From the NCBI GenBank assembly GCA_038496445.1, contig JALMLS010000397.1, positions 62,001-126,000 of the forward strand: 64,000 nt of DNA, given 5' to 3'. The DNA is from Trichosphaerium sp. ATCC 40318 (Eukaryota; Protista; Tubulinea). Below, in pieces: positions 40,300-51,812 of the stretch. How positions within the stretch are numbered: the stretch's first letter is position 1; the number at the start of each line of letters is the position of its first letter. A program made the position numbers and the translations under genes. The notes under the pieces were generated by a model that saw only the letters and a program-made list of their open reading frames with translations, searched no databases and had not been told where the DNA came from.

Positions 40300-42513
40300 C
40301 TATTGACCTATAATAAAATTATCACGGCCACGTTTAGACTTTGGCTTTCGAGAAGAGTTATCCTAGAATAATACAATTAATAAAACAAATAATAAATAGT
40401 CAAAAGCACTTACATTCTCATCCAAAGAGGCATACATTTCTTTCAAAGATCCCAAATTCGCTTTCTTGGTTGGCTTTGCAGAAAATACAGCCATAGCCGT
40501 TGGGCTTATTTCACGATCACCACGGCGACGTGGAGGCGTCCTAGAACGAGGTCGGCCTCTACGACGCCTCGGAGAACTATCTCGTCTGTTGCGATCATCT
40601 CTACCTCTACGACGCCTTGGAGGGCTGTCACGATCTCTCCTACGATCACCTCTATCACGAGGGCTATGCTCACGGCGTTTTTTACGTCTAAAACAAATGT
40701 AAGAGGGCAACCATCTAACAGCTACAAAAGAAAAGTCAAAAATCGTACCTTGGAGAGCGGTCTCTGTCACGCCTAGGAGAGCGATCACGATCTCTACGAG
40801 AACGATCTGAGTCCTTCCTGGATTTATCTAGTTCTGAGCTTTTACGCTTCCGGCGATCTGAGCCCTAAAGAGAAAGAAATTAGTTCTCACGGCACGCCTT
40901 TTTTTTCACATTTTATCAAAAACGTCAACAAAAAATGGCCACAGTTACGACAAAACGTACCCCAGATATTTTTTTTGTATCTGCTGGGCCAACAGTAATA
41001 CCTTCTTCAGCCAACTTTTTTCTAATAGACGCAACAACTGGTTGAGGAATACGTGGGAACAATACATCGAAAAAACGCATTTCGGTCAAAATCATGATAA
41101 TAAACTTGCCCATAGTCCTACAAGCAATTAATAAGCATGAGAAATAATACTACAAAACACATGTGTCGTAAAAAAAAAAATCAAAAAAATCGAAATGTAG
41201 AACGATGCATACGTTGGTCTCTTGCCCTTATCTGCGAGTGTAAATTCCTGGTCATCTTTTACAAAATCGCCAACCCTGCATGTAGATTAGTAACAGTTCA
41301 CTAGGATGAACGAAAGGTAGAGGAAAATGCGAAATTCTTTTTTTTTTTTTCATAATTTCTATGACAGGTTGCTTTAGCTCCCTCGGTTTGTACCGAGAAA
41401 ATTTTACAGGATGTCTCTGCACATCCTGAGTGTCCAAGTAGTCTCTGTGGAGTGTTCGTGTGTTGTCAATTCTTTATAAAATTAATCCTGTTGGCAAACC
41501 CTTTAGGCTGCACAATACCGAGAGAGCCGGCATTTGTAAAGCCTTTTTTGACAGTTTTAGAAAGCTTTCACTACGTACCAACTCCACAAATTAGAAGGCG
41601 GAAAACATAAACGAAGATACAAGAAGCCAACGGCGCGAATATATCTAAGTATAGCAGTTAGACGTTGTGGACGGCATAAAGTTGTGAGTTTTTTAATCGT
41701 AAAGCAATGACATTATAGAGTACGTACGGTGAGTCTTTGTGATGTAGTAGTCCTCTCATTTGGTTTTCAGTCATACTCATCAAGAATAATTTGTACAAGA
41801 GGCACCAAGCAGCAGAAGGTATCTTAGTGCCAGGTACCCACGGTTCTAAAAGAATAGAGTTAATACATTGAAAAAAAAATTTCATTTGATGTAAAGGGTT
41901 TTGTAAGGATTGTGGGTTAAATGTGGCGCTTTAGTGTAGATTTTTAACGTGCCAGGTGAAATACCTTTACAAATTGATTGTTTTACCCACCTACGTGTGA
42001 TACCGTGCTATATATTTCGTCTACGCACTCATGGTACGTTCGGTAATTGCTAAACGACATTAATACCCGTTACAAAATAAAAATGTAAAAGATCCTTTCA
42101 TTTGCGCCAAAAAAACCAAATAATACGTACAAAAGAGTCCTGAAGTAGTCCGAGTTTCTAATATTTACCAACAAGATATTTGGAAGATTCATCGTCTCTC
42201 TGTTTCCATGGACAGCCAAACGCTTTGCTTTTTTCGTTTCTGCTTCCTCCCCTCCTTCTCCTGTTTGTTGTGCTGTAGCTGCAGGTACTACAGCGCCAGG
42301 AGCCACTTGCCCATAATAAGCAGCAGCATTTGGGTCTACATAACCTCCATAGCCCTGAGCATATGCGTGTTGATTTTGGTAGGCCGCTTGATTAGCATAC
42401 GCGGCGTTAGCGTCATAGCCAGGGTAATATTGCTGGTTATAATATTGCGGGTTCTGTGGGTTCTGGTAGGCACCCCATGTTGCTTGGTGTTCCTTAGAAC
42501 CAGCCCAACTCAT
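40300..42513 (-). CDS. PRPF38B: Pre-mRNA splicing factor 38B
   Basis: GNRETMNLPNILLVNIRNSDYF, VDEIY..VEPW, SAAWCLLYKLF, DSPYIRAVGFLYLR, FPRIP, RS-rich tail. Confidence 0.95.
41360..41554 (-). ncRNA. Structured intronic RNA candidate in PRP38B intron (class unknown)
   Basis: Helices TGTCAA/TTGACA, AGGCT..AATGCCG/CGGTATT..AGCCT, CAGGATGT/ACATCCTG and TTTCTCGGT/ACCGAGGGA; G-U pairs favour the host strand. Confidence 0.55.
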
Positions 42514-42911
42514 TGCGTGCTCTGTTCAGAAAATTTTGTTTTGACGTTTGTTGAATGGTTGGTAGAGCGAGATGGACGTTGAAAATACCGCCAATGTTTC
42601 CTTGTCAACTGACAACTTTAGTATGGGATAGCCAACGTAATCGAAGTCTGGTAAGCCTTTGAACAGAGCTCATTATGACGTGGTTTAAATACACGAACTG
42701 GACTAGAATAAGTTGCAGGTAATTTATTTGTTCTACAAACGTATAATACAATGGAGCGCTTCGGCAATGAATTTACGCATATACAGTATAGCGAGACACT
42801 AAAGATCGTATTCACATCTCGAATGCTTCTTCCTTTGTTATATTTAGATGTCCTACGTGATAGATGAGCGAGTGGTAACGTCTTAGAAAACATTATGTAA
42901 TTTGTATGGGA

Positions 42912-42984
42912 GCCTCAGAAAATATTCTTGATATGAGTTATCGATCACAACTGTTCAGGAGCAGGACTTGATCATCATATTGGC
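42912..42984 (-). ncRNA. C/D box snoRNA, tandem copy 1
   Basis: Minus strand GCC..ATGATGA..CTGA..GTGATCG..CTGA GGC with terminal stem; lies in GT-AG intron 42853-43021. Confidence 0.82.
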
Positions 42985-43135
42985 AGAAGGAAAAAAGTAA
43001 ACGTATTAAACGAGCGCGTACCTGTCGCAGGTACATTCTTTTGTCGCGTTGATCTACACCTCAATCGCACTTGGGACCTATTCGTATGAGTACTTGCTGG
43101 AGAAGAGAAGAAGTGAAAAGTTTTTGTTTGGTTGA

Positions 43136-43207
43136 GCCTCAGACAATATTCTTGATATGAGTTATCGATCACAACTGTTCAGGAGCAGGACTTGATCATC
43201 ATATGGC
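43136..43207 (-). ncRNA. C/D box snoRNA, tandem copy 2
   Basis: Near-identical ~70 nt direct repeat of 42912-42984 with the same boxes; lies in GT-AG intron 43097-43256. Confidence 0.82.
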
Positions 43208-43508
43208 AAGAGCGAAAAAAGGAAGAAACAGATTTAAAAATGGTATAGATACGTACTCTATTCGTGATCAAGCGTAAAGAGGGGTGCAAGCAGCGTAGCT
43301 GCGTAGTTCAAAGAGAAATTTGTCTTGACATGCTTTGCACGCGTAGTACTACACTCTCGTAACAGAATTATTGACACAGGTGATGTGGCTTGACATTTGG
43401 CTTGTTGCTTTGTTTAGATTTTTTGACACACTTTTCATAAGGTAGTCAAGTCAAGTCTCCAACGCTAATTCTACGTGGCAAGTGTTGTAAACGACCTACA
43501 ATACAATA

Positions 43509-46118
43509 ATGTCGTCTCAAGCAGCGACGGAAGATAAAGGGGAAATTATTGAAGAAGAAAAAAAAGAACTAGCCCCAGTTTCTCTTGCAAGTACGCCAAT
43601 ATCGATAATATCAATCAAACTTCAGACGTGACTTATTTGCGACAGTTCTCCATAAAATAAAAACGCAACAACTACAAAATGGACTACGACATGGTGATTA
43701 TGAATGTTACAGGTTAGTACCACCACGGTGAAATGTATTTACCTATTCACCGTCATTATTAGAAAGTTTTGTACTTTGAGAGCGCGTCGTATACGCAAGA
43801 AGCTTCAATTCAAGCATAGGGCTCCAAAGGGCACAAAAGTAAAGCGTGGAGAATACTTCAAACGAGACATAGCAGAAGAGGAAATTGATGATGCCAGGTA
43901 CGGACGGAGACAGGTTTTGCAGTGAAAGTTTACTGAATATCCAAAAAGATACGTCGAACTATTTCTTGTGTACGCTGAGAGAGCATGGGCTCTGGCTATG
44001 GAAAAGAAGAGTGATGACATGCCACGATCCAAGTTTTATTCATTGAGACGCCTTCGTAAAGCGGCCAAATGGGCTAAGCAACTCAAGGAGCTTTGCGAGA
44101 GGTCAGCCGAAGAGAAGACTAAATTAGAGGCACAAGTACGCTTTACAAAAGTGTCAATGAACTTGTCTCATTTTTTGTAAAGTCGTATGCTGCGTGGCTT
44201 CAAGGTTTAGTATTTGTTGAGGAAGAGAACTGGAAAGAAGCCTTGCAACAATTTCACGGAGCGAAGTACGTATATTCGAGTTGGGCGATAATTTCGACGA
44301 AGTGTCACAATTTTTAACCGTTTTTGAACAAAATTTCATCACTAAAGAAAGGTTTCAATCGCTTGGTGCACGCGTTTTTGATGCGTAAAGTGAAATGTAA
44401 AGCGCATTGTGCCTTTTTTTTTTTTTTGTAAACTGACTCTACAAGAAGACCAAGTCACTTATAAAATGTTATAGGACCGTTTACGAGCAATTATCGAAAG
44501 TCGGATCAAAGGAACACAAGACATTGTGCCTAGAACGTGCTGACGAAATTGAACCAAACATAAGGTTTTGCGTCTACAACCTAAAAGATGAACACCAAGA
44601 TGAGTCTCAAATTATTGATATGCTCGAGCAATCAGAAGGGAATACGTTGTTGATGGAAAAGTTGAGTGTGCGTAGGAATCAGTTAAAAGACACTTTTTTT
44701 GTGCGTAGACGTAACACTTTGTTCGTAGGGAGTCGTTTCTGAAACTCGGTTGAAAAAAGCCGATGCAACTCATGCTATCGAGCAAATATCTTGGCGTGGC
44801 AGCGTTATACCCATTAAAAATGAAAAATTACGCTTAGCATTGATTACGGCTGAGGTGACTTTGTGAAAAGTACTTCATACGCGTTTAACTGTTATGTAGG
44901 AGCTAGGGAAACAAACGGAAAGTGGTGATGGCGATATCGCAGAACAAATTGCGCTTTACGATAAATTATCTTTTCAGTACTCGAATGCTGAAGATTGCGT
45001 CTCTAAAGACCCAACTATTTCAGTACGTAAAATTGTAGATAAGGAATTTTATTTTATTGCACAAAAGCCTGAACGAGTCTGTTTTCGCATAAACTGAAAA
45101 TATTGATGCAGTACTTTTACGGCCTGATACTCACGTTATTTAAGGACCTAGATAAGACGTGCTTGCGCAACTACATTGCCTATCTACGCACCAAAAAACG
45201 AATTGAGCGAACATTGATGCTTGCAACTAAAAAACAAGCTTCTGTCGATAAACAAGACTTGGGTACTCAAAAAATTACCTTCGTAGTGTTTTTCTCACCG
45301 GGAACAGGTCCCTACCCTCGCAAGTTTCACGGAGACAAGGCTGATGACCTCGTACGCCTATACGAAATTCTCGTTCAATATGTTGCACAAACAGGTACCG
45401 TAGCGCGTAATAATTTTTTTTTGGGAAGTTAACAAGAAGAAATCGGATATTTACACGTCACTTTAGGTGCTGATGAAGACGATGACAAAAACCAACGCGT
45501 AGCGGCACATCAAACGTTTAAAGCGCACAGGTACTAGAAAATCAAAATCGAAGTCTAAATATCCTACAGAGCTTTTTATATGGCTGTGGTATTTGCAAAG
45601 TCCCGAAAATACGCGGAGTCGGTGGTTTTGTTCCAATACGCAAACACACTATTGAGCAAAGCTTTACAAACCCACAATTCAGAAGCTAAACCAGATACAG
45701 TAAGTGCCCGACAAATTCGCAAAACCAATTACTAAAACTTTCCGTAGCGGTTGGTTTCAAAAATTAATCACTTACAACAATTGGGCGAACAGCATCTATG
45801 TGAAGCGAGAGCAAGGAGACTTTTGGGAAATAGTAACGAACAGAGCGATAGCAATTATTCGAGCGCAGTACGCACTTACGCGTTTAAACCATTGTCTTAC
45901 TGAATTTTCAGGCGTTACTAGAGAACTTAAATGTTTATGACGCGAGCTTTTTGGAAAAGAAGACGCTGATGCATTTCCCTCCTAAGCAAAACGTAATGGG
46001 TTGCAAACCAATACAATTCGATATCGCTTCAAATGACTGTAAATTCCCAGACTTAGAAGATCGCACGAAAACGAAAGCTAAACAAGGTGGTTGGCTCAGT
46101 TACTTTATGGGGAGTTAG
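43509..46118 (+). CDS. SRP68: Signal recognition particle subunit SRP68
   Basis: QNGLRHGDYECYRKFC, LVYAERAWALAME, RRLRKAAKWAKQL, EIEPNIRFCVYN, FPPK..CKPIQFDIA, GGWLSYF C-terminus. Confidence 0.95.
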
Positions 46119-46308
46119 GGAACCAAATGGTTCACAACATTTTCCAAATAAACAAATGTCAAAAAACCATTTGTTTTGCGCTTGCACGTATCTACAATGC
46201 AGTAAATTTCCGAGTAATTTCGCGCGGGGAAGTTGGGAGAAAGTAGGATGTTGACTTGTTATGAACAAACTAAACATTCATTATTGTTAATTCCTCAATA
46301 TAAACGCA

Positions 46309-46893
46309 ATGCAAACTACTTACCTTTTGATCGCCGTATGTGCTCTTGTTGCTGTCATGGCACAAACTGCAGCACCAACAACCGTAGCACCAACGACCGT
46401 AGCACCAACGACCGTAGCACCAACAACCGTAGCACCAACAACCGTAGCACCAACGACCGCAGCACCAACAACCGTCGCACCAACGACCGCAACACCAACA
46501 ACCGTAGCACCAACGACCCCACCACCAATGACTGGCGCTCCAACTACTGTCGCTCCAACTACTGAAGTTCCTACAACTGCCGCTCCTGCCGTCCCAACAA
46601 CCGCTGCTCCAGTTGTACCAACCACTGCTGTTCCTGCCGTACCTACTACTGCCGCTCCTGTTGTCCCAACAACCGCTGCTCCTGCCGTCCCAACAACCGC
46701 TGCTCCTGCCGTCCCAACAACCGCTGCTCCAGTTGTACCAACAACTGCTGCTCCTACAACAGTTGCCCCTCCTACAACTGCCGCTCCAACTACTGTTGCT
46801 CCTACAACAGTTGCCCCTCCTAGCTCCAGCATGGCCTTGCAATTCACATCTTTGCTTGTTGCTGTTGTTGTTTGCGTCATTCAAATGATGTAA
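46309..46893 (+). CDS. Mucin-like PT/A-repeat cell-surface glycoprotein, probable GPI anchor
   Basis: Intronless; signal peptide, PTTVA and PTTAAPA/V repeats, SSS followed by a hydrophobic C-terminus. Confidence 0.85.
   Translation: MQTTYLLIAVCALVAVMAQTAAPTTVAPTTVAPTTVAPTTVAPTTVAPTTAAPTTVAPTTATPTTVAPTTPPPMTGAPTTVAPTTEVPTTAAPAVPTTAAPVVPTTAVPAVPTTAAPVVPTTAAPAVPTTAAPAVPTTAAPVVPTTAAPTTVAPPTTAAPTTVAPTTVAPPSSSMALQFTSLLVAVVVCVIQMM
46371..46820 (+). repeat. Coding tandem repeats (15-nt and 21-nt units)
   Basis: GCACCAAC(A/G)ACCGTA about 9 times, then CCTGCCGTCCCAACAACCGCTGCT-type units. Confidence 0.9.
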
Positions 46894-46985
46894 ATTTTTG
46901 TTAATAGAAATAAACGAAACATTGCGTTTACTTTGTACAGTGTATTTATTTGATATTAAAGTAAGAATTTTGCGTCGTCTACTTG

Positions 46986-48056
46986 CTACGCACTTCTAAT
47001 ACTTCTTCGCATTGAGGAACACTTACGTTGTATTGTCCTTCTACCTTTGTTTATCTCCTTCGCTCTTGAAGTGGTGACGCTACTACAAATATCTTTCCAA
47101 ACTTCCTTTTTCTTCGGTTTCCTCGCACGTTTTGTGAATTTGTAGTCGGGGTGGTCCTCGTCAAATTTTGCCTTTACAATTTCAGTTACAAGCGCTCGAG
47201 AGTGGTTTACCTTTATTCTGGCTGCTTTTTCTTTGAAAGGAGCTTTTTCATCTTCACTGAGTTCTTTCCAGCTTTCTAGCAAACAATGTGTTAAGAAGTA
47301 GTTTAGACTTCCTAAAGCGAGAATACGTACGACCAAGCCGTTTAGAAACTTCTGCATTTGACAGGGCAGGGAATTGCTGGTGGATCAAAGGGCGGTGCTT
47401 GTTGGAGTAAAGGAGGAACGAATTAGTTGGTCTTTTCACCGTCGAAGTAACTCGTTTACGTTTAGCCCTTGGTTTCGGCGTTGTATTTGGTTTTGGCGTT
47501 CTAAATAGAGTTAATTTTCATGAAGATAGAAGGAGAAGAGTAACACACGAGTACAAAAGCAAATATAACGCCAGAAAAAAGAAAAAACAAAAAAGAAACA
47601 AAAAACCTGAGGTTGATTTATTTTCACGTGTTAACAACGTACTTGACCTGTATAGCATTCTTCAGTGTAAAATTTTGTAACGCGGGATGGAACTACAGAG
47701 ATATTTTAGCCATAGAAACGTTTTTGGAAAAATAAAGTGATTTGTCGGTTTTTTGGTTTTTTTTTTTTTTTTTTTTTTGAACACAATCAAAAATGTCTAG
47801 GTATGAAGGGGAAAAGAAAAACACTGCGACTTGTACGTACTTCAAGGGGTAAAGAAAAGTCCAAAAGATTTCGTTTATCGTTCTTTGGTGGTGGAGGCGG
47901 TTGGGGCTTGTCATCACCGCATGGTTGAGCAGGTGCACGTGCTTGAGCAGGTACGTTATCCAGAAAACGCGCTGCAAGATATAATACAAGTAACTTTTCT
48001 CTACCCTCAAGGTTTCCAGTATCGAAGCGTTGTTGATTTGCATTTGTTTCGGCCAT
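46986..48056 (-). CDS. HMG-box transcription factor (SOX/TCF/MATA-type box)
   Basis: VKRPTNSFLLYSNKHRP..NAEVSKRLGESWKELSEDEKAPF..HPDYKF. Confidence 0.88.
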
Positions 48057-50456
48057 TTTTAATAGTAGGATAGTTATGTACAAGTTAATAAGAGAAACTA
48101 TAGAAAATGTCAGCACAAAAACAAAAAAAAAGTAACGACCGAAAAAAAGGGCACAAAGTGATTTTCTCAACTGAAACAAAACAGTTTCCCTCGTTACTAA
48201 ATGTCACGTGGTTACACGTTGGATGGTAGAAACAAAACATTTTAGACAGAGCATAGAGAAGTTTAACACAAACGTATCGTCCCGTTTGCGATGGAGTAGT
48301 ACCACGCAGGGATGAACGAGAGGGTAAGGAAAAAAGGATGAAGTAATCAAAAAACTCATTCAATAGAACCCTTCAAATTTTATATTACTCTTACTCTTGT
48401 ATCTCGCTAAGATGTATTAGACGTACGTTTTAAAGCCTCTTGTGATGCGTTTCTGTTTGTATAACAAGAAAAATACAACTTTTCTTTTAAGTTGTGAAAA
48501 CCATATTTAGTTATAGTTTAGGTATTTAGTACTATGCTATGCGTGTAACAAATTGTGCCAATGAACAGATGATATTAAGAGCTCCGTTGGTGTATAAAAA
48601 GCATTTATTTGTGTACTGTTGTGAGGCAACCACGAAACGTCATTTCGCACCCAATTTTTGCTTAGCAATCACGTGATACATACAAAAACATGTTAAAAAA
48701 AACCAAAAAAAATGTCGAAAAGTTTCAAACAAAAGGTTTTGTCATTCACAAGAAAACCCACGCTGTATGTAAGCTAATATCCAGGTCCTGTGCATAGTAT
48801 TAGATAAAAAGATATCCCTCCAGAACCGTTGTTGTGAATGTTGTGTATGGACCTACGCAGTTAGTTGTATGTAGCCACAAATTCCCGCACGAGGGCCACT
48901 AAAGAAAAAAAATAAAACCATTTCTTCAGAATAAAATGATTCCAACAACTGACGGTTTTCAAGAATTCTACCACGTCGATATACATCCTATTAGTGTTAA
49001 AAAAGAAGTGAAGATTGAAAAAAGGTGATACCGTTTTATGTTGTGCATTTTTATACAAAAGAAAAAAGAAGCAAAAAAGAATGGCGTACCTTGACAACAG
49101 ATCGTTATTAAATTCCTTGCATGTATTTGACTAGCTTCTACAGTCGCTAGATGTGGACGGAGGATATTTATAGACTGTGATAAGAGTGTTTTGAGTGATC
49201 TTTAGTGGCTTTGTATTTGTAATGTCGTTTCCGAATAAAAACTTTTTTCCGAAACAAAAAAAAAAAGACTGCATGTTCAAATCCTCTTTTGTTATTGAGT
49301 TAGGAGATTCATGCTATTCTTAGTTGGTTTTCTTTTTGTTTTTTTTTGTTGTTACGAACAGGATTTATTTGGATCCGGCCAGAAAAGTAAAAAAGAACTG
49401 TGTAATACTATTACGTACGGCGCTTAGAAACTGCAAAAATATCCACTGGAAAATGTGCACAGGGTGTTTTGCGCTTTTGGAAAGTGGGTACACAATACAG
49501 AGTGGAAGCAACGTGAACCAATGTTGAACGAAATGACACCCCTGCGGAAAGAGAGGAGAACCATTACAATGGAAATGCGGTCAGAGAACTCTGCTATGAA
49601 AGTAGCTGCTTATCTAATTAGCTTTGTTCGTGTGATAAAATGAGCGTACTGTTGTTTAAGGTATACAGAGTGGAGTGAGCAATCCTTTTTTTTTTGTACG
49701 TTCAAACATGGTTTGGGATTTTGGCTTTGTACGTTCTATTTCTGTACTAATCTCTATTCACAGGTGTTGCGCCTTCTGTGGGCTAATTTAGAGTCCCCTA
49801 TGGCGTAATACAATAATGTCATGCCGTTATTGAAACAATGCTTTATAAGCTGTGTTTTGCGCCTATGTTGCTTCCGGCACGTGATATAAAATTTTATTTT
49901 GGTAATTTGCCAACCGAAATTAAACAATTTTATCTCAGTACGTACCGTTGCTAATGTTGATAGAGTGTAACAAACAGAGTTGACTCGGTGTGACGACAAG
50001 TTAGCCACACAAGGAAACTGCTTCTTTAGCTAAGCAAATATGGCCTTGGTCGAATTGTTCACAACCTCAGGTTTGCTTGGTACGGATGAGCGTAGCCTCG
50101 TTAAGCGGTGGGCTCTTTGCCTATAGTAGTGTTTTCCAATCAAACAATAGAAGTGACACATTGCACTTCTGGTTGATTGACGGTACTCAAGTTAAGTTGA
50201 TAGTACACAGCAATTTATTTGGTACTTGGTGACGTATCGGAACAAAAAACAACCGAAATCATGGACAATAGTTTGTCCTTATCACTATTTTTATTAATTT
50301 TATTAAATTGGCGTTGGAAGAAGGCCAGCAACACCTTTCTGCACTAGAGCTCATGTTTATGTCGTTAAGTGTTGGCACAAGACGGAGATTTCAACAAAAA
50401 CAATTTTACGGCATACGTGTGCCTTAATATTCAGTATTCTTACTATACAACCGACG

Positions 50457-51328
50457 ATGCAACGTTACCTTTCTGCTACACGCTATTTAACAACAAATGA
50501 CGCAAAACTAAAGAAGATTGTCGAAAATATAACAAAAGACGATAAAACGGAGGTAGAAAAGGCTGTCACGATATATCATCACGTTAAGGAGACCGTAAAA
50601 TTTGGTTGGTGTACACAGTTCTACGCTATGAATGCAAGAGAGATATACGCCTCCGGATACGGATACTGTAATACAAAAGCAACGCTATTCAATACTATGT
50701 TGAGGTAAAAAGGAGCCTGAATTTTTTCCGTTTTCGGACATTCTTTGACTTTCTTTTTAGGATCGCTGGAATTCCTGCTAGGCAACATTTTTATTTGATA
50801 AATGCAGATATTCTTGCTCCTTTTGCAAGCCCATCAAAATGGGTGGAACATTCTACTACAGAAGTATTCTTAAATGATAAATGGCTAGGCACGTGACTTT
50901 TCTTTGGATTTTTTTTTTGGTGGTTATTGCTGACGAGCCTCCTGTTTAGAAGTTGATAGTTATGTATCGGATACTAAGTTATATAATAAAGCAATGAAGA
51001 GCCTCAAAGACGAAAATAAAGTACTTGGTTGGGGAGCACATATTGATTCGGCAGATGATTGGGACGGAACAACAGATAGTTTTCAACAGGTAAGCTATTA
51101 CTGTTAATTGATCTAGGTGTATTATAACTGACATACTTTAAGCTTGTAAGAGGGGATAAAGTAAAGATATTTTCAAAGGATTTCGGCGTGTTCAATGATA
51201 CTGAGGAGTTTTACAAGACAGCGGATCCAAAATTTTTACCTACAAAGCGAACATGGTTTTTGTACGTTTTGTTGTTTAATAGCATACAGAATTCTGATAG
51301 ATTTTTAGAAGCGCTATTTTCTATGTAG
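50457..51328 (+). CDS. Transglutaminase-like superfamily protein
   Basis: GYGYCNTKATLFNTMLRIAGIPARQH, HSTTEVFLNDKWLEVDSY (Cys-His-Asp triad); three introns. Confidence 0.85.
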
Positions 51329-51812
51329 TACTGCCTATGGCTAATAATAATGTCATACGGTATAGAGATGGTAAGTAAATGGTACTGTAACGTCACACTT
51401 CCCAAATTGTCAAATAAACTCAAGTGTAAAATGTAAAGAGAAGTTTGCTTCGTTTTGACTTGGCTAGTATCCTCTGTCAGGATAACATTGTAGCTCAAGG
51501 CCTTTTGAGTGGATCACAGCTGCCCTTACGTCAAATTTAAAGCAAAGAAAAGCACGCACGTGACATTCATTTTCATCAAGATTTGGACCAAAGCTCTGGT
51601 CTTTGTAGCGTGAGATGTGGCCGTTTACCAGTATTAATGTATTTTCTTTAACCATTACATGTTGTGTTGGTTAAATTAATAAAGGCCCAACCGAATCTGA
51701 GAACTACAAGTGAATCATTCACGAAAAGCTAACAAGTAAATCTGTGAATCTCCGGTTGCTGAAGAACCTTGGGTTGTCTTATATTCACAAAACTACTCTG
51801 TAAGCCAATACA

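Noticed and set aside
22362-41459. Complementarity between the DPH1 intron element (TAGTCTCTG..GTTCGT) and the PRP38B intron element
   Set aside because: Only 9+6 nt with unequal spacers; plausible by chance
42910-43207. Direct repeat read as a CRISPR array or LTR
   Set aside because: Only two copies, carrying C/D boxes within introns; no cas or retroelement ORF
46270-46884. Long Cys/Gly/Trp-rich and Val/Gly-rich antisense ORFs
   Set aside because: Shadows of the stop-free PTTVA repeat gene on the + strand
48100-50450. Short ORFs upstream of the HMG-box gene
   Set aside because: No recognisable motifs or consistent exon chain; probably regulatory or UTR DNA
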